A DNA stretch of 31,569 nucleotides from assembly GCA_050018435.1 (NCBI GenBank), contig JBEKAD010000079.1, forward strand, positions 1 through 31,569. Reading direction: 5' to 3'. Within the stretch, counting starts at the first letter, position 1; every line of letters begins with the position of its first letter. This DNA is from Terriglobia bacterium. GTDB lineage: Bacteria > Acidobacteriota > Terriglobia > UBA7540. Both the position numbers and the translations under genes were made by a program. This document shows, piece by piece, positions 8,517 to 17,269 of this stretch. The notes beneath the pieces were generated by a model. That model had not been told where the DNA came from and did not search any database. It saw only the letters and a list, made by a program, of their open reading frames with translations.

Positions 8517-9911
8517 TTACGCGTCGCGGCGGTGCTTGACATCGATTTGCAGGCGTTTGATTTTCTGATTGAGGGTGGAGAGGGGGATTTTGAAGCGCTC
8601 GGCGGCTTCGGTCTGGCTCCAGTGGGTGCGTGCGAGCATGTCGAGGATAATACGGCGCTCGCAACCTTCCATAATCTCAAACAGCGAGCGCCCATCGAAG
8701 CTTTCGGCCGGAAACGTTCCTGCTTCGTGCGTGCCGTTCTGGAAGAGTTGTTCGGGAAGAAGTTCCGTCCCCAGCGAGGCGCCGGAGGCCAGCACGACCG
8801 CGCGTTCGACGGCGTTTTCAAGCTCGCGGACGTTTCCAGGCCAAGCGTAATCCATCATGACCTTCAGGGCCTCGGGAGTAAATTGCAGGCCCACGCGGCC
8901 ATTCTCGGCGGAGAATTTCCGCAGAAAATGTTCGGCCAATTGGGGAATGTCTTCCCTACGCTCACGCAGCGGCGGCAAATCGATGGTAATGACATTCAAG
9001 CGGTAAAACAGGTCCTCGCGGAATCTGCCGTCCACCACCATTTTGCGCAAGTCGGCGTTGGTGGCGGCGACAATGCGCACGTCCACCTTGATAGTTTCCG
9101 TGCCGCCCAGCCGCATGAACTCGCGCTCCTGAATGACGCGCAGCAGCTTGGTTTGAGTTTCCACGCCTACGGTTCCGATCTCATCGAAGAAGATGGTGCC
9201 TTGGTTAGCGACTTCGAAAAGCCCGCGCTTGGTGGCGATGGCGGAAGTGAAAGCGCCCTTGACGTGTCCAAAAAGTGTGCTTTCGAGCAGATCGACGGGC
9301 ATGGAACCGGTATTGACGGGAACAAAGGGCCGATCGGCGCGGGGGCTGGTGGCATGGAGGGTCTTGGCGACCAGTTCCTTACCCGTGCCGCTTTCCCCGG
9401 CAATCAACACCGTGGCGCGGCTGGCAGCAACCTGAGTAATCAGGTCCATCACCTTATGCATCTTCTCGCTCTTGCCGACGATGTTGGGCAGGTCATAACG
9501 TTTGAGGGCGCGGCGGAGCTGGATGTTTTCAAGCTGGAGGCGCGATTTGTCGAGCGCGTTGCGGATCTCCAGCAAGAGCTTGTCATTGTCCCACGGTTTG
9601 GTAACGTAGCTGTCCGCGCCCTGCTTGGAAGCCTGGAAAGCCATCTGCGTGGACGCATAGGCCGTGATCATGATGACCCCGACTTCGGGGCTTTCACGCT
9701 TAATCTGCTGGAGCAAGTCAAGGCCGTTGCGGTCCGGCAGATTGATGTCGAGCAACACCAGGTCGAAGAGGCCGTTTTCAATACGCTTCAGACCTTCGTC
9801 ACCGGTCGCGGCGGTATCCGCCTTGTACCCCTCGAGTTTCAGGAGTTGCTCGAGACTCTCGCGAATTTCTGTTTCGTCGTCAATGACGAGGATGGAGCCT
9901 TTAGCTGACAT
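8517..9911 (-). CDS. Sigma-54-dependent response regulator (NtrC/AtoC family)
   Basis: REC domain (IDDE, LLDINLP, TKP), Walker A GESGTGKE, GAFTSA loop, DEIG Walker B, WPGNVREL and a C-terminal HTH. Overlaps the kinase stop by 11 bp. Confidence 0.96.
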   Translation of the reverse strand: MSAKGSILVIDDETEIRESLEQLLKLEGYKADTAATGDEGLKRIENGLFDLVLLDINLPDRNGLDLLQQIKRESPEVGVIMITAYASTQMAFQASKQGADSYVTKPWDNDKLLLEIRNALDKSRLQLENIQLRRALKRYDLPNIVGKSEKMHKVMDLITQVAASRATVLIAGESGTGKELVAKTLHATSPRADRPFVPVNTGSMPVDLLESTLFGHVKGAFTSAIATKRGLFEVANQGTIFFDEIGTVGVETQTKLLRVIQEREFMRLGGTETIKVDVRIVAATNADLRKMVVDGRFREDLFYRLNVITIDLPPLRERREDIPQLAEHFLRKFSAENGRVGLQFTPEALKVMMDYAWPGNVRELENAVERAVVLASGASLGTELLPEQLFQNGTHEAGTFPAESFDGRSLFEIMEGCERRIILDMLARTHWSQTEAAERFKIPLSTLNQKIKRLQIDVKHRRDA

Positions 9912-12156
9912 TCACAGGTTTCCTAACTGCGGGAAATTCCAGCCGGAAGGTCGTTCCGCGACCGACCACGCTGTCTACCTGGATCGATCCGGAATGTTCC
10001 CGGATGATGCCGTAGGTCACCGCGAGGCCCAAGCCCGTGCCTCGACTGGTAGCCTTGGTGGTAAAGAAAGGATCGAAAATCTTGTTGAGGTGATCGGCGG
10101 GGATGCCCACGCCGTTGTCGGAGACTTCCACGTGCACGGTGGAGTTCTCCGCCTCCGTGGCAACGGTCAGTTCACCCCCGCGGGGCATGGCGTCGCGTGC
10201 GTTCATGATCAAGTTCATAAAAACTTGCTGGAGTTTTCCGGCATTTCCGCACACGGGGGGCAACGAGGTTTTCAACTGGGAATTGACGGTGATCTTGGCG
10301 GCCTTCAGCATGGGTTCAACCAAGGAGAGGCTTTCGCTGATCACGCGGTTGACGTCCAAGTCGGAGTATTCGCTGCCGCCGACTCTCGAGAACTTTAGAA
10401 GGTTGTTGGCAATTTCGGAAGCGCGGAACGCCTGGGTGATGATTTTATCCAAGGTGCGCGTGCGGGGGTCATCGGGATCCATCTGCCGCATCAGCATCTG
10501 GGCGTTGGAGGTGATGACCGCGAGAGGCGTATTCACCTCATGGGCGACGCCGGCCGCCAGCAGGCCGATGGAAGAGAGCTTCTCGGCCTGCATCAACTGG
10601 TCTTCCAGGTTCACGCGTTCCGTCAGGTCGGTGAAGATCAACAACCGCCCAATCACCTGGTTCTCTTTCCCGATCAGCGGCACCACCGAGAGGTTCACGA
10701 TCAGGGCTCGGTCCTCCGCATTGCGCAGGCGGAATTTGTACAAGTTGAGCGTGTGATGGGGATCGGAGACGCGCGACAACTCCGTCCGCAGCTCCGGGGG
10801 GAAGATCGCTTCCAGGGTTCTCCCGATTGCTTCGGACCGGCTGATGCCATAGAGCCGCTCCAGGGCGGAATTCCAGGCCTCCACGGCGCCTTCCAGGTTG
10901 CAGGCCAGCACGCCGGCGTTGATGGATTCAATGATGTTCTGGCTGAAATCGCGCAGGGCTTGGTAATCGAGCGCCCGCATCTCCAGCGATTCATACAGGC
11001 GGGCGTTCTCCAGGGCGATCGAGACATAACCGGCAATCGTTTGCAAAAGATCAATATCTTCACTGGAGAGATAATCACCTTCGCGCGTCTTGCCCAATCC
11101 CAAGTAACCGAGCGTGCGCTCTTTGACCTTAAACGGCAGGTAATAGTGGAGCTTGAGTTGCTCGATGGATTTCTGCGCCCCCGGAGAAAAGCCGTAGGGC
11201 CGCTTGACGCTGTCAAAGAAAAGGTAGCCTTTCGCCAGCACTGGCTGGGCCGGGTCGAGGAAGCTCGTATCGGTCTTACCGGTGAAATTCATGCCGCGCG
11301 AGCGTACCAAACGGAAGCCATTCGGCTCCGAGGCCAGGAATACGGCGAGCCGGTCTACGCCCAGGGTCTCCGACAGGCGGTCGGAAATCTGCTGGAGCAA
11401 GCTGTCGACGTGTAATTCAGAAGTGAGTTCACGCGCGAACTCCAACAGCGTGCGGCGGTAATCATAGCGCTCGCGATTGAAGAAGCGGTCCACCCAATGC
11501 TGGATGTAGTTCACGACGGGTTGAAGGAGGATGGCGGTGAGCACCATCGCCACCACCCAGGCGCCGCGACTGTTGATGGGGGGAAACGTGGCACGGAAGA
11601 AATCCGCGAATAAGGCGATGAGTCCGAAATACAAACCGACGATTCCGGCCGTGGCCAGGGTATAAGAAATGCCGCGGCGGAAGATGATGTCCACATCCAT
11701 CAGCCGGTAACGCACAATGGCATAGCCGAAGGTGACCGGCAGGACCGCCAGGAACAGCGCCGAGGCGTTCATCCAGGCATTGGGGACAAATCCCAGGAAA
11801 TAGGGCAAGGCGTAAAGGGCGGCGAAGGGGACAATCGCCACCCAGGTTCCGCGCGTGACCCACTTCAGTTGGTGCTTCAATACGGGATCGCTGGCGCGAA
11901 CATAGGCGTGGTGCAGCGCCAAGGCACCAGCCAGGAAGTACGCCCCCAGATAAAACAATTCGATTCGGTCCAGCAGCCAGATCGCCTGCTTGAGCGGCAA
12001 GGGAAGCACCAGGATGTTCACCGCCACCAGGCCATGAATCGCCCCCAGTAAGGCCCCGGGCAAATAGAGAAGAGGCGCCAGGTAACGGCGCTCGCGGAGC
12101 AGCGTGGAACGCTCAGGAAACGCCAAACAGAAATGCAGGAAGAGGGCGGGCTGCAA
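9901..12156 (-). CDS. Membrane sensor histidine kinase, C-terminal part (multi-TM, GAF-like, PAS, HisKA, HATPase); out of frame with its N-terminus
   Basis: H-box AAGVAHEVNTPL, N-box FMNLIMNARDAM, DNGVGIP, IFDPFFTTK and GTGLGL. The frame continues upstream as NLFDWAIYWLNVAAWLL to 12204 with no plausible native start. Confidence 0.92.
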   Translation of the reverse strand: MQPALFLHFCLAFPERSTLLRERRYLAPLLYLPGALLGAIHGLVAVNILVLPLPLKQAIWLLDRIELFYLGAYFLAGALALHHAYVRASDPVLKHQLKWVTRGTWVAIVPFAALYALPYFLGFVPNAWMNASALFLAVLPVTFGYAIVRYRLMDVDIIFRRGISYTLATAGIVGLYFGLIALFADFFRATFPPINSRGAWVVAMVLTAILLQPVVNYIQHWVDRFFNRERYDYRRTLLEFARELTSELHVDSLLQQISDRLSETLGVDRLAVFLASEPNGFRLVRSRGMNFTGKTDTSFLDPAQPVLAKGYLFFDSVKRPYGFSPGAQKSIEQLKLHYYLPFKVKERTLGYLGLGKTREGDYLSSEDIDLLQTIAGYVSIALENARLYESLEMRALDYQALRDFSQNIIESINAGVLACNLEGAVEAWNSALERLYGISRSEAIGRTLEAIFPPELRTELSRVSDPHHTLNLYKFRLRNAEDRALIVNLSVVPLIGKENQVIGRLLIFTDLTERVNLEDQLMQAEKLSSIGLLAAGVAHEVNTPLAVITSNAQMLMRQMDPDDPRTRTLDKIITQAFRASEIANNLLKFSRVGGSEYSDLDVNRVISESLSLVEPMLKAAKITVNSQLKTSLPPVCGNAGKLQQVFMNLIMNARDAMPRGGELTVATEAENSTVHVEVSDNGVGIPADHLNKIFDPFFTTKATSRGTGLGLAVTYGIIREHSGSIQVDSVVGRGTTFRLEFPAVRKPVNVS

Positions 12157-12173
12157 GAGCCACGCGGCAACGT

Positions 12174-12632
12174 TCAGCCAGTAAATCGCCCAGTCAAACA
12201 GGTTATAAAGGCGCCGATCAGGAGGTAAAGTAAGCCCACCAACGCCAAGTAGCTCCGGATCGAGCCGGCGCTTTGGGCGTCGAGGACGAGGCTGGTGTCA
12301 AAGGGTTCGCCGTTCCGGGTCAAGCTGTAGTTAGCAAGCGACCAGACACCGAGCCGGTAAATCTGCTGAGCCGCCTCGGTGTCGGTGGTAATCGTCTGGC
12401 CATTGATCGCTTTAAGCTGGTCACCCTCGTGGATACCGGCACGGTCCGCAGGCCCACCACGGTGGACAATCCAAGCCGTCACCCCCTGAGAGGTCTCCAT
12501 CCAGTTAACGCCATCGTCTGGAGCCTGATACAGGCCGCGCTGCTGGTAGTTTAGAACTCCAAATCCCACCAAAACCAAGCTCAAAAGGGCGAGCGAGAAC
12601 GTGGTTAGTCGAAAGGCTGGGATCTTGGTCAT
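12174..12632 (-). CDS. TM-PDZ-TM fragment; N-terminus of the sensor kinase, separated by a frameshift near 12205
   Basis: N-terminal TM, then a PDZ-like GGPADRAGIHEGDQLKAING segment, then a second TM (YLALVGLLYLLIGAFI). After that, 9 out-of-register residues run to TGA. Confidence 0.8.
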   Translation of the reverse strand: MTKIPAFRLTTFSLALLSLVLVGFGVLNYQQRGLYQAPDDGVNWMETSQGVTAWIVHRGGPADRAGIHEGDQLKAINGQTITTDTEAAQQIYRLGVWSLANYSLTRNGEPFDTSLVLDAQSAGSIRSYLALVGLLYLLIGAFITCLTGRFTG

Positions 12633-12676
12633 TCTGAAGTCCGTTCGGTGCCGTGAAGAACACTAACTCCTTAAGG

Positions 12677-12705
12677 ATTGTAGCACGTTGGTTTCCAGCA
12701 GTCGA
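12677..12705 (-). promoter_or_regulatory. Possible extended -10 promoter for the kinase-regulator pair
   Basis: Minus strand reads TCGACT-N17-TACAAT with a TG-N extension (TGCTACAAT), 44 nt upstream of ATG 12632. Confidence 0.35.
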
Positions 12706-12900
12706 GGCAACTCCAATCTTTAAGTCCTTTATTTATTGATAGATACATTATAAGCTCCAAAAGACGGGAGAGCGATACAGAATTTCGGATATAGGTTCCA
12801 TTTTTCTGTAAGTACTTAGGTGATCAACCCTTGGCCTTGTCCACTCTGGCGGGACAAAGGCATCCAGCATGCCATCGGCGCTACGAACTGTCGGGATTTC

Positions 12901-14685
12901 TTAGAACTGGACGGAGAACCCACCGCGAATGTAGTGGTATCCCGAACTCAAAATCACAGGTTTTTGACCACCTTGGGCGGCGGGGACATAGCCCTGCGAC
13001 AGGAGGTTTTGGAACTCCGCCACGGCATCAATATGGACGGGGAGGAAGTTAGGAGTGGGAATCGGCTGGCGGATCTGGACGCCCAAATAGGGCTGGACCT
13101 GAAGATTGCCCTGCCCGGCGGGATCGACCAATGTGACGCGATCATTGGGGACCCACTCGTAGGAAGTGGAGAAGCGTGTGTGGGTAGCGGGAAGATCCGC
13201 AGTGATCTTGCCGATCAGGGAATGGGTCTGCTCCGGCATCAGCACTCCCTGCGAGTAGGGATGTGAGCTTTGCATCACGAAGCCACGCGTCGAGAGAGCA
13301 CTGCCGGAAGCATAAGCCCCCAGCACCTCCACGTGCGAACCGAAAGTCTGAGCATAGACGGCGCGAAAACCCGCCGATTGGTAATTGCCCCCGTTAATAA
13401 CGATGCCATTGCCGGCAGGATTGGGGAGAGAATTGCCAGCGAAGGCCTGTCCGTAAGCTGAGGGGCCCCATGCCCAAACCGCGGCGTTGCGCAGGCCGTC
13501 GTGATAAGCCGCCGCCTGCACTCGAGCTGACCTGCCCATGCGATGATTGACCGCCACCTCCGCATGATTCAGTTGCTCCATCTCCAGGTGACCGTCGCGC
13601 TGGGTGATTTGCGGGAAAGCATTCAGCAGGCCGAGGCGTTCCATCATCGAGTTGGACCCCTCGGCGCGAGCTGAGCCATACTGGGCGGAAACCACCGTTT
13701 GCGGCGTTGGCTGGTATTCCAGATTAACGTGGGGTTGCGCGATCAATACACTGTCGATCGCATTCAGATAGTTGATGTCCATTCCCGCGGTCACCGTGAC
13801 CTTGGGCGCAAGCAGGCGCGTTTCCGAGTAAGTTGCTACCATGCCCTTCGCTTGTGCGAAGGCATTCAGTGTCATGTCGGGGGAGAGAGAAGTTCCGGGG
13901 ACAAGACTGAATTGATGGAAGATCAGCCCCACTTGCTGCGGTTCGCCCTTGAGTTGGTTTCGGCGCAGCACCGTGGCCACCGTGCCTACCTCGGCGCCGA
14001 CGGGCGCGAACGATCCTGCCACGAGCACATCGGAATCCGCAGAGAGCGACTGGAGATAAGCGAACACGCTGGCCATACCGAAGTCTTCAGCCAGGGGATC
14101 ACGTGGTGTCGAGCCCGGCAGAATGCCGGCTACGCGCTCGCTCCGCGGTAAAGCGATCTTCTCATCCCGGGAGGCAACTTGGCTAACCTGCTGCTGGCGG
14201 TAGCGCAGGATGGGCCGGGTGGTGGAAGAAGTCCTCAACACCCATTTCCAGTCATCTCCCCAGCTCGAGACGGAATTGCTGGGCACTTGAAAACGAATGG
14301 GCGCGAAGGTGTCGGTGAGGACAAAAGTAGCAATTACGGTTTCACCGGCTTCCACGCGAACGCCATTCCGCATCGCCGGCAAGCGCGTTGGCGAGCTGAC
14401 TTTGAGGGAATACCAGCCCGGAACCAGATGGCTAATCGTAAACCGGCCACGCGCGTCGGTGATCATGCGCTCCACGGTCTGGCTGGCTGCTTCTGTGGCA
14501 AAGGCCGTGGGTCCGATGACCATCACGGTAGCACCCATCAAGGGCACACCTTTGTTATCTGAAACGACTCCCGCCAAGCTTCCGTACCCCGCCGCAAGAC
14601 TCTCAGCAGGTTGAAGGCAGGGAAGCAACAGCCCGCTAACCAGCAGTAGAACCTTTAGCCGGTACCCCAAACTTGAAGTCATCAT
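12901..14685 (-). CDS. Exported protein with N-terminal carboxypeptidase-regulatory-like domain; probable outer-membrane beta-barrel
   Basis: Signal-peptide-like N-terminus. LAGVVSDNKGVPLMGATV...TDARGRFTISHLVPGWYSLKVS fits the CarboxypepD_reg fold. The C-terminal region has alternating beta-type patterns and ends in GGFSVQF (terminal Phe). Confidence 0.7.
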   Translation of the reverse strand: MMTSSLGYRLKVLLLVSGLLLPCLQPAESLAAGYGSLAGVVSDNKGVPLMGATVMVIGPTAFATEAASQTVERMITDARGRFTISHLVPGWYSLKVSSPTRLPAMRNGVRVEAGETVIATFVLTDTFAPIRFQVPSNSVSSWGDDWKWVLRTSSTTRPILRYRQQQVSQVASRDEKIALPRSERVAGILPGSTPRDPLAEDFGMASVFAYLQSLSADSDVLVAGSFAPVGAEVGTVATVLRRNQLKGEPQQVGLIFHQFSLVPGTSLSPDMTLNAFAQAKGMVATYSETRLLAPKVTVTAGMDINYLNAIDSVLIAQPHVNLEYQPTPQTVVSAQYGSARAEGSNSMMERLGLLNAFPQITQRDGHLEMEQLNHAEVAVNHRMGRSARVQAAAYHDGLRNAAVWAWGPSAYGQAFAGNSLPNPAGNGIVINGGNYQSAGFRAVYAQTFGSHVEVLGAYASGSALSTRGFVMQSSHPYSQGVLMPEQTHSLIGKITADLPATHTRFSTSYEWVPNDRVTLVDPAGQGNLQVQPYLGVQIRQPIPTPNFLPVHIDAVAEFQNLLSQGYVPAAQGGQKPVILSSGYHYIRGGFSVQF

Positions 14686-14754
14686 GAATGCCGCCGTGCT
14701 TTTATTAAGTTAAGTAAAGATGCTTTCCGCTTGAGCCCGACACGAAAGCGGCCT

Positions 14755-16428
14755 CTAGCGTACCTCAAAACTGGCTGAAGGGCTAACACTTTGTTTCTTG
14801 ATGTTGTCGGTGACCTTGATCTGCACGGTATACTTCCCCGGCGTGAGCCCATTGAGGCCCATCGTCTTGACCACCGTGAACTGCTGCGAGGCCTTCTTCA
14901 AATTTGCGGCGTCCTCCGGTTGGTCGAGCAGCGTCTTCCCATCCTTCTCGACCTCATAGCGAACATCCAACGAGGGCTTATGCGTCTTATCGTCGATGCC
15001 GAGATTATACACCTGCATGTAAATGCCGAGTCTTTGATCGCGCGTGAATGTGTTGTTGACGCTGGGGCGCACCTTCGTCCCGCCTATAACAAATGGGCCG
15101 GACCCCACCTGGCTGGTCGGGAGCGGCAGGATCTGGTCAGCAAGGATGAGGGAACTATAGGTAAGCTTATCCTCGCCGAAGCTCGGTACCACGATGCCCA
15201 GTTCCTCGGACCCCATGTGGCCGTTCAAATCGTCCTTCAGGACGAGGCTCAGCTTGTAACGGCCGGGTCTGAGCGGTATGGCTTCCTGATAAAGTGACTT
15301 GTGATTCTGGTACTGCCCGAATTCGTGTTCGGGCACATCCAAAACCAAGCTCTTCTCAAAGGTGTTGACGATGTGGCCGCCCAGACTCGTGATCTCTCCA
15401 AAGATGTCCAGGACTCCGTGCATTACGCCATCTTTGTTCTGAAATTGCAAATCGCTGTTGGCGATCTGGACGGTGATCGGAGTGAGCACGGTTTCGTCGG
15501 TCACGCGGATGAAATCCGTGCGCTCGTCGAAAGGCAAAAGATTAGCAGAGATTCTGGAGGTGACAACGGCTTTCAGGTCCTTGAATTTCACCGCGGGGGG
15601 CTGAAAGATTTTGGAGTAGAGGTCCAGCCGGGTAAACTCATTCATGCTCTCCGGTCCATTTTGGCCGCTCATCCCCGTTCCTATCGTCATGCCATCCGTA
15701 CGAGTGAATCGATCCATTTTTGATTGCGACCCGGTCATTCCCATCTGTTCTGCCATGGTCAGGCCCGCGCCGGGCACGTGCAGCAAGGCGTCCTTTTCAC
15801 CGGGGTCCATGGTGAGATGGTACTCACCGGTCATGGTGGTATCGACAAACTCCAGAATGACGTTCGTACCGATGCCGTCAATGTAGCGGTAACGCCACTG
15901 CTCGAAGGGAAAAGTGGAAGTCTGGCCGCCGCCTTCCGAATCCGGGCGCTCGTACGACCCGCCGCTGGGGTGGGTATCATTTTCGTCCGGCGGGCCATAC
16001 ATGATGTAAATCCGCCCGCGATCCGTCTTCCAACCAGGAATGCCGGAGGCGTAATGCTCGTTGGCGTAGGCAATGCGGCGGTAATACTCCTCTTTGAACT
16101 CGTTTTCAGGGCTGCCGGGGTTAGGGTTGCGGCGCTCCCAGAAAGTTTCGATAAACGACTCGCGCTCGTCGTCAGTGGTGAACTTCTTGAAAGCGGCTCG
16201 CTCTGGGTCGGTGATGATATAGGGGACTTCTTCGCTGAGCCACTTCTTATACGGCGTTATCATTTCATTCCGGATCGCCTTTTGACGTCGCTTCTCCTCC
16301 TTGCTCACTTTGGGCTTTTCGTTATCCTGGTTTTTGTCCTGATCACCCTGCGAAGGGGAAGCGTGCAAGATTGTTACGCCAATGATGAGGGTGAGCGCGG
16401 CTAGCACCCCAAGCGCCCAGCGGCTCAT
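14755..16428 (-). CDS. GWxTD domain-containing exported protein
   Basis: FWERRNP...EYYRRIAYANEHY...GWKTDRGRIYIMYGPPD is the GWxTD signature. A signal peptide begins at ATG 16428 (MSRWALGVLAALTLIIGVTILHA). The ORF-track start at 16488 lies only about 7 nt from the predicted +1. Confidence 0.93.
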   Translation of the reverse strand: MSRWALGVLAALTLIIGVTILHASPSQGDQDKNQDNEKPKVSKEEKRRQKAIRNEMITPYKKWLSEEVPYIITDPERAAFKKFTTDDERESFIETFWERRNPNPGSPENEFKEEYYRRIAYANEHYASGIPGWKTDRGRIYIMYGPPDENDTHPSGGSYERPDSEGGGQTSTFPFEQWRYRYIDGIGTNVILEFVDTTMTGEYHLTMDPGEKDALLHVPGAGLTMAEQMGMTGSQSKMDRFTRTDGMTIGTGMSGQNGPESMNEFTRLDLYSKIFQPPAVKFKDLKAVVTSRISANLLPFDERTDFIRVTDETVLTPITVQIANSDLQFQNKDGVMHGVLDIFGEITSLGGHIVNTFEKSLVLDVPEHEFGQYQNHKSLYQEAIPLRPGRYKLSLVLKDDLNGHMGSEELGIVVPSFGEDKLTYSSLILADQILPLPTSQVGSGPFVIGGTKVRPSVNNTFTRDQRLGIYMQVYNLGIDDKTHKPSLDVRYEVEKDGKTLLDQPEDAANLKKASQQFTVVKTMGLNGLTPGKYTVQIKVTDNIKKQSVSPSASFEVR

Positions 16429-16501
16429 CACCCTATGCCACGTAAAGAAAGCGTCCCCTTTCGACACTGTTCCCCCGTTAGACTGCATACTTTACATCCC
16501 G

Positions 16502-16530
16502 ATTCTATTTTTCCGATTATGGAAAGTCAA
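16502..16530 (-). promoter_or_regulatory. Near-consensus sigma-70 promoter for the GWxTD gene
   Basis: Minus strand reads TTGACT (16530-16525), 17-nt spacer, TAGAAT (16507-16502). Confidence 0.7.
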
Positions 16531-17269
16531 GCTCCTATCCCCAGCCCTGCCCCCGTAGCTCCACCCTTTCTCTCGCAAAGCAGAGGAGCCGTCCCCAAAC
16601 TGGACAGGGGCAAGACACGCCGGGTTTCCACACCAAAACTCCGCCCCAAACCCGGCGGTGTGCTTTGATGCGCCGCAAGCGGCAAAGGTGGCCTCCCACC
16701 CAAAAGTTCCTAGGACCCCTTTACAATCCATTACAATCCATGATTAGCCCTTAAACCCTATGTAGACTCGTGCGTCCTACAATATAAGGAGAGCATCGCC
16801 CCGGCGGTACCTTTCAAGCCTGGGACAGATTGTCATGGATATGAGCCAGTATCCCGATGGTCGCCCGCGGGAACCCGGCCGGGCGGGGAAAAATGTCTGT
16901 AATGTCTGTAAAGAGAAATTCTTGTTTTTCGCAATGCAAGAAGGCGCTAAAATGGGGGGGAGATGTATGGTAATGCAGCCTTGACATAGGGTGAGGCTGC
17001 GTTCCGGTGCCCCCAACTTGGCTCCGAATGCCGAGCGAGGGCCAAACAAGTCCATAAGTCCCCTGCGCTGACCTCGCTGTATGCCGCTCCGGCGGCAGGA
17101 GTTTTGACGAAACTTTTGAGGTTCAAACAGCGTATACGCAATGGGAGCCGGTAAGCAGGTGCGCACATAAGCCAAAGAGGTGGCCAGTCTGCGGGCATAC
17201 AGGAGCAGCCTTCTGCTGAGAGAGAAGGTTACACGTTTGCGCAAGACCGAGGAGTGAGAGGAGCCCTCC

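Noticed and set aside
8355-8520. Target-site duplication around the 148-bp hairpin element
   Set aside because: Only a 2-nt GG is shared by the flanks, which is not distinguishable from chance.
9230-9260. GAFTSA instead of GAFTGA as evidence of sigma-54 independence
   Set aside because: The key F and T residues are retained and a single substitution at this position is not diagnostic, so there is no basis to call it unusual.
12200-12215. Programmed -1 ribosomal frameshift joining the kinase halves
   Set aside because: There is no X-XXY-YYZ slippery heptamer in the correct frame, and sequence appears to be missing rather than merely out of register.
12633-12900. Sigma-54 (-24/-12) promoter serving the NtrC-type regulator
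   Set aside because: The best look-alike, TAGCACGTTGGTTTC, lacks the invariant GG and GC and is on the wrong strand. No TGGCAC-N5-TTGC was found in the intergenic regions I inspected.
16618-16657. 10-bp inverted repeat CGCCGGGTTT/AAACCCGGCG as a riboswitch or leader of the GWxTD gene
   Set aside because: It lies upstream of the predicted promoter (16502-16530), so it is not in that transcript, and it has no recognisable riboswitch motif.
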